57,766 nt of DNA. It comes from a virus. Lineage: Duplodnaviria > Caudoviricetes. The notes below the pieces were generated by a model. The model did not search any database, was not told the DNA's origin, and worked only from the letters and a program-made list of their open reading frames with translations. A program made the translations under genes and the position numbers. This document shows positions 38,579 to 46,555 of this stretch, piece after piece; the first letter of the stretch is position 1, and each line of letters starts with the position of its first letter. The stretch is taken from positions 1 to 57,766 of IMG/VR virus record IMGVR_UViG_3300043399_000632. One strand, given 5' to 3'.

Positions 38579-39876
38579 AGTAGTGTTCGTAATTCAGCTA
38601 AGGGAGCGCGCCAATTGTCGTACTCTCGTTGTCTCAGCACTGTTAGATTATTTCCATACCAAGCAGTGTTTCTAGCGGGCTTTGCCCAGGTGTAGTAGGT
38701 TAGAATTGGGATAATCACAATCGCGTCTTTGCCAATTGCGCCAGCTGCGTGAATTAGCGAGGTACAACTGGAAATAACTAGATCCATTTGATCTAAATAG
38801 TCCAATGTATCGTCCCAACTAGTTATTCGATCTTTTAGGGGGGTTACACGAGGGTGGGCAAAATCCTCATCCACATGGAATGAGTAAATCTCGTAGCCCT
38901 CGGGGATACTCGCAATTAGTTCATCAAATGGAATCGTCCTGTGTAGGTCTTGATCGTACTTGGGATTGCCCATTGTTTTAATACCGATGCGTTTTTTACC
39001 GTTGTTAGGCAGTCGGGGCGCACGCCTTAAGGGTTCGAGATATGGTCCGTGCCACAAGTCTTTTTCCTCTAGGTCTAGATAAGTAGGGGCGGGCATGGAA
39101 TATGTCCAGAGCCAATCACGAGGAATTGTTTTGAGATTACTAATAGTTTCAAACCCGCAGCGTTCAAATATGCTAGCAATATCCTTGCGATCTGTGTACC
39201 AAATAGGTTTCATTCCCACATCGCGGAAGTGCCTCATAAAGCGAACAGAAATAATTTCATCCCCGATGCCGCCTTCTGCACACAGCACAATAGTTTTACC
39301 CGGGATCGGATTGCCTTCCCACAATTGATATTTGGGATACTTAAACTCGTGCCAAATATTCAACTTACGCCCGTCAAGTAGCACATGACGCAGTCCTTCC
39401 TTAAACTTGCCATTGCGTAGATCATATGTGCCTAAATTAAATTTAACCCTAAAGTCAATGTCTTCAGTATGGGGTTCACTTAGGATTTTTCGTAGTATTG
39501 CTTCTCCCTCGTCCTTACGGTCCAGCAAGAAATAACTCATTGCCTTGTCCATTTGATTAGGGTGATCGCCCGGTCGTTCCTGCTCGTTAATAGCAATGTA
39601 CTCAAGTGCTTCGAGGGGTTTATTCAAATTGAGACAAGCTCGAATTATGTTAACCCGTGCGTCAAATTTAGCTTGAGGGTTAGTTACTTGTTCGTAAATT
39701 CTCTGTGCCAGATCAAGCGTGTCCGTAAACTCCCGAATTTCAGCATAGAGTTTACCCAATTGATCTAATTCTTCTATGCGGCAGGCGAGGGGTTTAAGTA
39801 GGTCTAGTACTATTTTAGCTTTGTCAAACTGTTTAATATGTATAAAAAATTCCGCAGTTGCTAAGGGATTATTCAT
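38575..39876 (-). CDS. TPR-repeat + GT9-like glycosyltransferase
   Basis: N-terminal helical TPR-like region; EGGIGDEI...RF; DLVISSCTS..HAAGAIG. Confidence 0.82.
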   Translation of the reverse strand: MNNPLATAEFFIHIKQFDKAKIVLDLLKPLACRIEELDQLGKLYAEIREFTDTLDLAQRIYEQVTNPQAKFDARVNIIRACLNLNKPLEALEYIAINEQERPGDHPNQMDKAMSYFLLDRKDEGEAILRKILSEPHTEDIDFRVKFNLGTYDLRNGKFKEGLRHVLLDGRKLNIWHEFKYPKYQLWEGNPIPGKTIVLCAEGGIGDEIISVRFMRHFRDVGMKPIWYTDRKDIASIFERCGFETISNLKTIPRDWLWTYSMPAPTYLDLEEKDLWHGPYLEPLRRAPRLPNNGKKRIGIKTMGNPKYDQDLHRTIPFDELIASIPEGYEIYSFHVDEDFAHPRVTPLKDRITSWDDTLDYLDQMDLVISSCTSLIHAAGAIGKDAIVIIPILTYYTWAKPARNTAWYGNNLTVLRQREYDNWRAPLAELRTLL

Positions 39877-40417
39877 CTTTTACCACCTGCCATTTAATAT
39901 CGATTGCTAAAATTACATTGTTAAATGTGCGGGCTGCGTGTTCACATTGCTCTTCGCTAAACTGTTGAAACTGTGCGCGCCAGTAATCGTCTAGAGTAAA
40001 ACGGTGATCGAGCACGCGCATGTCTACATTGTGTATAAAACCAAGAGGAGTTTCGCAGCCGCCTGCCGCCATGTCGCGTCGGTTTCGCTCTTTAGAAAAC
40101 ATATCCAGCGTGTGAGGATAGATGGGGCGACAGTGTGTAGGGTCGATTAGAAAAGTATCGTGCCTAGGGTGAGGTACTTGTACATCTACAATCGCACCAG
40201 GTTTACATACTCTATAGATTTCTCGAACGCAGTGAAAGAAGCCCGAGCCTAGATGTTCGAAAATGTGATGCGCCAGTACTTCGTCAACTGTGTTGTCCGC
40301 AAATGGTAGTCGATCTTGCTCTAAATTGATCACATGATCAGGATTCGACCCTTCATCACTGTCAATGTTTATATACCCCGGATAGCGTTTAGTTCCAGAT
40401 CCTAAATTTATTTTCAT
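39869..40417 (-). CDS. Class I SAM-dependent methyltransferase (type 11-like)
   Basis: INLGSG, LPF.DN.VD, FEHL, EIYRVCKPG, DPTH. Confidence 0.85.
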   Translation of the reverse strand: MKINLGSGTKRYPGYINIDSDEGSNPDHVINLEQDRLPFADNTVDEVLAHHIFEHLGSGFFHCVREIYRVCKPGAIVDVQVPHPRHDTFLIDPTHCRPIYPHTLDMFSKERNRRDMAAGGCETPLGFIHNVDMRVLDHRFTLDDYWRAQFQQFSEEQCEHAARTFNNVILAIDIKWQVVKDE

Positions 40418-40438
40418 TATATACTGCTTTTACTTTAC

Positions 40439-40467
40439 AGTATATTTAAGTTTTAGCGTTTTGTCAA
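40439..40467 (-). promoter_or_regulatory. Sigma70-like promoter at the head of the modification island
   Basis: TTGACA-N17-TATACT, with an overlapping TTAAATA box and an 8-bp inverted repeat (40419-40445). Confidence 0.7.
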
Positions 40468-41637
40468 TTAGAAAATGTCAGTTATTCCTACAGCGTGATA
40501 ATTGCTGGCGACAACTAGTCGCCAGTAAGTGCCATCAGCTATGATAGTTTGTCCCGGTGTGCTCCGATTGATGGTGTCGTCAGTACCCAGCTGGCCATAA
40601 TTGTTATATCCCCAAGTCCACAAAGTGCCGTCAGTTTTCGTAGCTGCTGTATAATAGAATCCCGACGAAACCAGCTTCCAATTTGTGCCCCCACTCACTG
40701 TCTGGACTGGGCTACTTTTAGATAAAGTATTGTTAGTACCTAGTTGGCCGTAAGTATTTCCACCCCAGGTCCACAAAGTCCCGTCAGTTTTTATGGCTTG
40801 CATATGATTGTAGCCGCACGCTACTACTTTCCAATTTGTGCCTGCAGAAATTGTTTGCACTGGGCTTGACTGATTAATCGCTGTACTGCCTTGATTACCT
40901 AGCTGGCCGTATGCGTTACCTCCCCAAACCCATAGTGTGCCATCAGTTTTGATAGCTGCGGTATTTGTCGAACCACAGTTAACCTGACTCCAGTTGGTTC
41001 CTGCGGCAATTGTTTGTATCGGACTACTAACCGACTGGGCGACGTTTTGTCCTAACTGTCCGTCGAATCCATAACCCCACAACCACAGAGTACCGTCAGT
41101 TTTTATCGCAGCCATATGATTGCTACCACAAGAAAGTGTTTTCCAGTTTGTGCCGCTAGCAATTGTCTGAACTGGGCTACTTCGATTAGTAGTGTCGCTT
41201 GTACCGAGCCTTCCATTAGCATTAAAACCCCAAGTCCACAAAGTCCCGTCAGTTTTTATCGCAGCTGAATAATATAATCCCGCCGAGACTAGCTTCCAAT
41301 TGGTACCTACAGCAATTGTCTGAACTGGGCTACTTCTTGTAGTTACAGTGTTGTCGCCGAGTTGGCCGTAGTTGTTTCGCCCCCAATTCCACAAAGTTCC
41401 ATCAGTTTTTATAGCTGCAGTACTCGATCGTCCGCCTTCGACTACTGTCCAATTAGCACCCCCGCTTATAGTTTGTACTGGACTACTTTTATTGGTTGAG
41501 GTATTATCACCTAAATGACCGAAGTTGTTTTGGCCCCACCCCCACAACCCGCCCGAACTAAACAAGTTTCTAGGTACGAATAGGTCGCCAAAGTCACTCT
41601 CCAGACCGCCATTAGTTACTGAGTAATTAGTTTTCAT
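40468..41637 (-). CDS. RCC1-like seven-bladed beta-propeller protein (paralogue 1)
   Basis: About 51-aa repeats KTDGTLWxWGxNxxGQLGxNxxxxxSSPVQT. Confidence 0.9.
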   Translation of the reverse strand: MKTNYSVTNGGLESDFGDLFVPRNLFSSGGLWGWGQNNFGHLGDNTSTNKSSPVQTISGGANWTVVEGGRSSTAAIKTDGTLWNWGRNNYGQLGDNTVTTRSSPVQTIAVGTNWKLVSAGLYYSAAIKTDGTLWTWGFNANGRLGTSDTTNRSSPVQTIASGTNWKTLSCGSNHMAAIKTDGTLWLWGYGFDGQLGQNVAQSVSSPIQTIAAGTNWSQVNCGSTNTAAIKTDGTLWVWGGNAYGQLGNQGSTAINQSSPVQTISAGTNWKVVACGYNHMQAIKTDGTLWTWGGNTYGQLGTNNTLSKSSPVQTVSGGTNWKLVSSGFYYTAATKTDGTLWTWGYNNYGQLGTDDTINRSTPGQTIIADGTYWRLVVASNYHAVGITDIF

Positions 41638-42130
41638 ATTCTGTCAACCTAAAAATTTGTATTTGTCCCGTGTCGAACGAGTGAAAAAGCCAGGGTCTAA
41701 ACAGCACGCCTTGACCAGGTTTTAGCACATAATTAACCTGTAGATCCCATTCAAACATGTTTCTATAGTTAAATCTATAATCAGTTAGCGCATTTGCTAC
41801 ACCTGTCGTGTGCTCATACACATTAAAGGTGGAAGTCTGTAGTGCTACAGCAAACAACCACTCGTCCGTTCCTGCAAAGGATTCAAAGTGTATGAGGTTG
41901 TCGGGTATGCGGAATACGCCTGATCGATCAGGATCTACTCTAATACCAGTGTTTAGCATCCGAGCGAACATTGTGTCCGCATCTTCTGGCACCATGTTAA
42001 AGTTCTCAATCTCTTTGCCAAACTCCTTCTGCACATACTGTAGCGTGTAGGTTATGTTACTAATGTTGCGAGCTTGTTCTTCAGTGTAGTAGCCGTCAAC
42101 TGTAATAATTTTAACTAGGGGATGTATCAT
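41627..42130 (-). CDS. Divergent DUF6445/2OG-Fe(II) oxygenase-like protein
   Basis: VDGYY, IHFE, GVLFRPWLFHS, QIF pattern parallels the 37961-38578 protein. Confidence 0.55.
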   Translation of the reverse strand: MIHPLVKIITVDGYYTEEQARNISNITYTLQYVQKEFGKEIENFNMVPEDADTMFARMLNTGIRVDPDRSGVFRIPDNLIHFESFAGTDEWLFAVALQTSTFNVYEHTTGVANALTDYRFNYRNMFEWDLQVNYVLKPGQGVLFRPWLFHSFDTGQIQIFRLTEYEN

Positions 42131-42138
42131 AGTTTAGA

Positions 42139-43341
42139 TTAGATTGGATCGGCAGAATCATCACGGATGGCTGTGTGGTGGTACAATCCTCCAGAAACCA
42201 ACTTCCAATTAGTTCCACCCGATACTGTCTGTACTGGGCTACTTCTTGTAGTTATAGTACTATCACCTAATGCACCTTGATAATTGCGCCCCCAAAGCCA
42301 TAAGGTACCGTCAGTTTTTATAGCTGAAGTGGTATTCAGTCCTCCAGAAACTCTTTTCCAGTTAGTGCCACCACTCACAGTCTGTACCGGACTGCTTTTA
42401 TTAGCAGTAGAGTTATCGCCTAGATGACCGTATAGGTTGTAGCCCCAAAGCCACAATGTGCCATCTGTTTTTATAGCTGCAGTGTGATTGCCACCAGCAA
42501 ATACTGTCTTCCAGTTAGTAGCCACACTCATAGTTTGCGCCGGACTGCTTCTATTAGTAATGGAATTATCGCCTAATTGTCCGTAAAAGTTTTGTCCCCA
42601 AGTCCAGAGAGTACCGTCCGTTTTTATTGCTGCAGTATGTCCTCCGCCGGAACTAACTGACTTCCAGTTTGTACCACCACTCACAGTCTGTACCGGACTG
42701 CTTTTGCGAGTAGTCGTGTTATCACCTAATTGGCCAGTAGCGTTCTGACCCCAAAGCCACAGTGTGCCGTCTGTTTTGATAGCTGCGGTATGATAAAACC
42801 CTCCAGAAACTAACTTCCAGTTAGTGCCCTGGCTTATTGTCTGAACTGGGCTACTCTTAATAACCGTAGAGTTATCACCTAATTGGCCTAGGGCATTACT
42901 TCCCCAAAGCCATAACGTGCCATCAGTTTTTAATGCTGCTGTGTAGTATCGCCCGCAAGTAATATCCTTCCAGTTAGTTCCAGCCGCTATAGTTTGCGCA
43001 GGACTGCTTCGGTCAGTAGCCGTATTAGTACCTAATTGTCCGGAATAGTTTCTTCCCCAAGTCCATAGTGTTCCATCTGTTTTAACTGCTGCTGTGTGGT
43101 ATTGACCTCCAGAAACTAACTGCCAGTTAGTCCCCGCGGCTATTGTTTGTATTGGACTACTTCTCGAAGTGTTTGCGTTATTACCTAGCTGACCGTACTG
43201 GCTACGCCCCCAAATCCACAATCCGGCCTGTTTAAATGTATCGGCTAGTTCGGGATAACGGTCGATTAGATAGCTTCGCTCCACTAAGGGAGTGCCAATG
43301 TCCGCACCGTCAGGTCTCACAAAACCAGTTGAGATACCCAT
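42139..43341 (-). CDS. RCC1-like beta-propeller protein (paralogue 2)
   Basis: Same 51-aa repeat, seven units. Confidence 0.9.
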   Translation of the reverse strand: MGISTGFVRPDGADIGTPLVERSYLIDRYPELADTFKQAGLWIWGRSQYGQLGNNANTSRSSPIQTIAAGTNWQLVSGGQYHTAAVKTDGTLWTWGRNYSGQLGTNTATDRSSPAQTIAAGTNWKDITCGRYYTAALKTDGTLWLWGSNALGQLGDNSTVIKSSPVQTISQGTNWKLVSGGFYHTAAIKTDGTLWLWGQNATGQLGDNTTTRKSSPVQTVSGGTNWKSVSSGGGHTAAIKTDGTLWTWGQNFYGQLGDNSITNRSSPAQTMSVATNWKTVFAGGNHTAAIKTDGTLWLWGYNLYGHLGDNSTANKSSPVQTVSGGTNWKRVSGGLNTTSAIKTDGTLWLWGRNYQGALGDSTITTRSSPVQTVSGGTNWKLVSGGLYHHTAIRDDSADPI

Positions 43342-44000
43342 TATAACACTCCAGGACCAGGATTATCAACCGGCTCCCTTAAGACTACCGCCGCCAATTC
43401 TTCTAGAGTTACGCAAGCGTCGATTTCGGCAATTTTCGCCACTTCCCAAGCAAACGCACTATTAACATGAGCAGTTACGCTGGCGGCAATTGTGCCTAAT
43501 TCTGCTTTTGTCAGTGTCAGCCAGCAGCTGGGGAACTTCCAGTAGACAGTTTCACCCTCTGCCAGCAGCATATACTGCTGTGCGTACACATCACGAGCGC
43601 CTCGGGCTGTGTCAATTCGCACAGTTTGATCTTGTAAGGCTAAATCAAATCCCCCAACTTCTCTGCGCCAGCGTTCTTCTGCTGCTGCTGCTTTTAATTG
43701 ATTTTTTACAGCGTCAATTGGCAGCTTCATAACTTCATAACTGCTTATAGCATGCGTGTCAGTAAACTGCCAGAACGGTCCATGTAGTGTTTCGATTGTG
43801 GGATTGTAGGCGGGATTTTCTGTACCTTGAATAGGTAGAATTCTAATGTTTTCTGCTACGGTAATAGCTTCAAATGTGTCATTGCGGTTAGGCAGGGTAG
43901 CTGTGACTTCGCATTCTTCAGCAATTTCATTTTCAAACCTGAAACGATTCCAGCGCATTGGGCCTAGTATTACATGATCATTATATACAATTACAAACAT
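43341..44000 (-). CDS. DUF4376-like tail-fibre-associated protein
   Basis: RWRREVGG...WKF....LT..EL..I...V..HV...F.WE; preceded by an exact TATAAATA. Confidence 0.6.
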   Translation of the reverse strand: MFVIVYNDHVILGPMRWNRFRFENEIAEECEVTATLPNRNDTFEAITVAENIRILPIQGTENPAYNPTIETLHGPFWQFTDTHAISSYEVMKLPIDAVKNQLKAAAAEERWRREVGGFDLALQDQTVRIDTARGARDVYAQQYMLLAEGETVYWKFPSCWLTLTKAELGTIAASVTAHVNSAFAWEVAKIAEIDACVTLEELAAVVLREPVDNPGPGVL

Positions 44001-44017
44001 TGTTATTCCTCTGTTGT

Positions 44018-44025
44018 TATTTATA
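44018..44025 (-). promoter_or_regulatory. T4-type late promoter
   Basis: Exact TATAAATA. Confidence 0.75.
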
Positions 44026-44027
44026 GG

Positions 44028-45212
44028 TTAAGCACTGGGGTATAAGTTTCCAGCATCGTAAAAGTGGATTGCGGCGGTGTGTTCGTGATAGTTACTACAG
44101 TTCTTCCAGTTAGTTCCGCCATTCACGGTTTGTACTGGACTGCTTCGATTGATAGTGGTGTTATTGCCTAGCTGACCGTAGTTGTTGCGACCCCAAGTCC
44201 AAAGTGTACCATCTGTTTTGATAGCCACAGTGCCGAAGCTGCAACTAACACTCTTCCAGTTAGTACCCCCACTCACAGTCTGTACTGGGCTGCTTCTATA
44301 TAAAGTAGTATTATCACCTAGTTGGCCGTAACTGTTGAGGCCCCAAGTCCAAAGTGTACCATCTGTTTTGATAGCTGCAGTTATATGAAGGCCGCCAGAC
44401 ACATTCTTCCAGTTAGTGCCTCCTGCTACAGTTTGTACTGGACTACTTAAACGAGTAGTTGTGTTGTTACCTAACTGCCCATAGTTATTGTAACCCCAGA
44501 GCCACAGTGTGCCATCAGTTTTTATAGCAGCAGTAAAGTCGGCGCCGCAGCTGACACTCTTCCAGTTAGTCCCGCCGCTCACAGTCTGTACTGGACTGCT
44601 ACGGCCGATAGCAGTATTATTGCCTAACTGGCCTTGGGCATTTGCTCCCCATAACCACAGTGTTCCGTCGGTTTTTACTGCTGCTGTGTAGGCGAGGCCG
44701 CAACTAACACTCTTCCAGTTAGTGCCCCCACTCACTGTCTGGACTGGGCTACTTTTAGATAAAGTATTGTTAGTACCTAGTTGGCCGTGTGCGTTACCTC
44801 CCCACGTCCACAGTGTGCCGTCTGTCTTTATGGCGGCTGTAGCATAGCGTCCGCAGGAAACCAACTGCCAGTTAGTGCCTTGAACGGATGTTTGTACTGG
44901 GCTACTCTGAGCAGTAGCGTTGTTGTTGCCCAGTTGGCCGTTGTAGTTCTGGCCCCAAAGCCACAGCGTGCCGTCTGTCTTGATGGCTGCGGTGTATTCA
45001 TAACCGCAGTTAATCAGTTTCCAGTTAGTGCCCCCAGAGATAGTTTGTACTGGCGAACTCTGAGCAGCAGCGTTGTTGTTGCCCAAACGACCGAGCGTGC
45101 CACGGCCCCAACTCCACAAACTACCAGTCTTAGCATACTGGTCGATCATGGCATAGTCATCAACAAATATCTGTTCTAAATCACCTTCTGGACTGGTAAA
45201 ATAACCTGGCAT
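44028..45212 (-). CDS. RCC1-like beta-propeller protein (paralogue 3)
   Basis: Same 51-aa repeat, seven units. Confidence 0.9.
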   Translation of the reverse strand: MPGYFTSPEGDLEQIFVDDYAMIDQYAKTGSLWSWGRGTLGRLGNNNAAAQSSPVQTISGGTNWKLINCGYEYTAAIKTDGTLWLWGQNYNGQLGNNNATAQSSPVQTSVQGTNWQLVSCGRYATAAIKTDGTLWTWGGNAHGQLGTNNTLSKSSPVQTVSGGTNWKSVSCGLAYTAAVKTDGTLWLWGANAQGQLGNNTAIGRSSPVQTVSGGTNWKSVSCGADFTAAIKTDGTLWLWGYNNYGQLGNNTTTRLSSPVQTVAGGTNWKNVSGGLHITAAIKTDGTLWTWGLNSYGQLGDNTTLYRSSPVQTVSGGTNWKSVSCSFGTVAIKTDGTLWTWGRNNYGQLGNNTTINRSSPVQTVNGGTNWKNCSNYHEHTAAIHFYDAGNLYPSA

Positions 45213-45213
45213 A

Positions 45214-46479
45214 TTAGCGACCCTCCAACGCGCTAACGCGAGCAGCTAGCTCTTTGTTGGACTCAATTAAGAACGCAATAATCATATTGTAGTTAACACT
45301 CTTAACACCCGCATTTTCCACAACTGCTTCGGGAACTATCTTCTCCAACTCTTGAGCAATTACACCATAAGCGTGAGCTCCGGTGTCCAACCAATCAAAC
45401 GACACACCGCGCATTTGATTTACAGTGTCGGCAGCATTAGCTATAGTAGCCACATTGGTCTTTTTGCTAGCATCTGACAGGGATGTAAACTGTGTGGCGT
45501 ACAGTGTACCAGTACTGGGGTTAAAGTAGAGTTTGGTGCTAGAAACACCCACACTAGTTGCTGAACCACTAGTTACATCATCAAATAATATATATCGAGT
45601 AGCGTCAGTAGTAGTGTCATCAGTTATGGTAGCTCCGGCACTTACACCGCTTAGTTGCGAACCGTCACCATAAAATCTAGTAGCGTACAGGTACCCGTCA
45701 TAGTTTAGTCTAGTAGTGTTGGTGGGATCAGTAGTACCGCCATCCATTTGACCAGCCGTCTTAGTAGTACCGTTGTAGTTAATATAACCAACCGACGCAG
45801 ATCCAGCAGTTAGGCCGACACCGGCTAGTCCACTATAACCACTGGTCCCCGAGTATCCACTAGTTCCGCTCCCGCTGGATCCACTAAAGCCACTATAACC
45901 GCTGGCTCCACTAGTACCTGAATAGCCACTTAGACCAGTTGCTCCACTTGTACCTGAAGTACCACTTAGACCAGTTGCCCCACTTGTGCCACTTGTACCT
46001 GAAGTACCACTTAGACCAGTTGCTCCACTTGTACCTGAAGTACCACTTAGACCAGTTGCTCCACTAGTACCACTTGTTCCCGAGTAACCACTCAAGCCCT
46101 GCGAACCAGTAGCACCACTTGTGCCACTTAGACCAGTTGCTCCGCTAGTACCACTTAGTCCTTGACTTCCACTAGTACCTGAAGTACCACTTAGTCCTTG
46201 ACTTCCAGTTGCTCCACTAGTACCACTTAGACCAGTTGCTCCACTTGTACCTGAATAGCCACTTTTTCCAACAAGCCCAGAATAACCGCTGATACCACTT
46301 TCACCCGGGGCGCTTCCGCTACCTCCGCTTATTGCTCCGTTACCGACCCAATAGCCTGCAGAGTCTATAACACGAGTAGTGCCGACCCAATAACCACTGA
46401 CTGCGTTTACGGTTGCCGCAGTTGCTGTCGAAACAACCTGTAACCCGTTTCTTACCTTAAAATCTTTTGAAATCGCCAT
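45214..46479 (-). CDS. Trimeric fibre protein with collagen-like Gly-X-Ser/Thr tract and C-terminal intramolecular chaperone (peptidase S74-like)
   Basis: About 50 Gly-X-Y triplets; SDASKKTNV...RGVSFDW...GVIAQELE...VNY. Confidence 0.85.
   Translation of the reverse strand: MAISKDFKVRNGLQVVSTATAATVNAVSGYWVGTTRVIDSAGYWVGNGAISGGSGSAPGESGISGYSGLVGKSGYSGTSGATGLSGTSGATGSQGLSGTSGTSGSQGLSGTSGATGLSGTSGATGSQGLSGYSGTSGTSGATGLSGTSGTSGATGLSGTSGTSGTSGATGLSGTSGTSGATGLSGYSGTSGASGYSGFSGSSGSGTSGYSGTSGYSGLAGVGLTAGSASVGYINYNGTTKTAGQMDGGTTDPTNTTRLNYDGYLYATRFYGDGSQLSGVSAGATITDDTTTDATRYILFDDVTSGSATSVGVSSTKLYFNPSTGTLYATQFTSLSDASKKTNVATIANAADTVNQMRGVSFDWLDTGAHAYGVIAQELEKIVPEAVVENAGVKSVNYNMIIAFLIESNKELAARVSALEGR
45823..46305 (-). 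repeat. Imperfect tandem repeats built from 9-nt units encoding (Gly-X-Ser/Thr)n
   Basis: Recurring ACCACTTAGACCAGTTGCTCCACTTGTACCTGAAGT units. Confidence 0.9.
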
Positions 46480-46509
46480 TAGTTTCCCTCTCCACTATGG
46501 GCATAGCTA

Positions 46510-46517
46510 TATTTATA
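46510..46517 (-). promoter_or_regulatory. T4-type late promoter
   Basis: Exact TATAAATA upstream of the fibre gene. Confidence 0.75.
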
Positions 46518-46555
46518 CGGCAGTGTATCGAAGGAACTATCCTCAATTTCAATCG

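Noticed and set aside
40419-40445. LexA (SOS) box
   Set aside because: CTG-N11-CAG spacing rather than the required N10; kept only as an unassigned inverted repeat
40468-45212. Diversity-generating retroelement acting on the RCC1 repeats
   Set aside because: No reverse transcriptase in the window, no non-coding template repeat, and differences between copies are not adenine-specific
45823-46305. CRISPR-like array
   Set aside because: The repeats are in-frame coding units with no unique spacers and no cas genes
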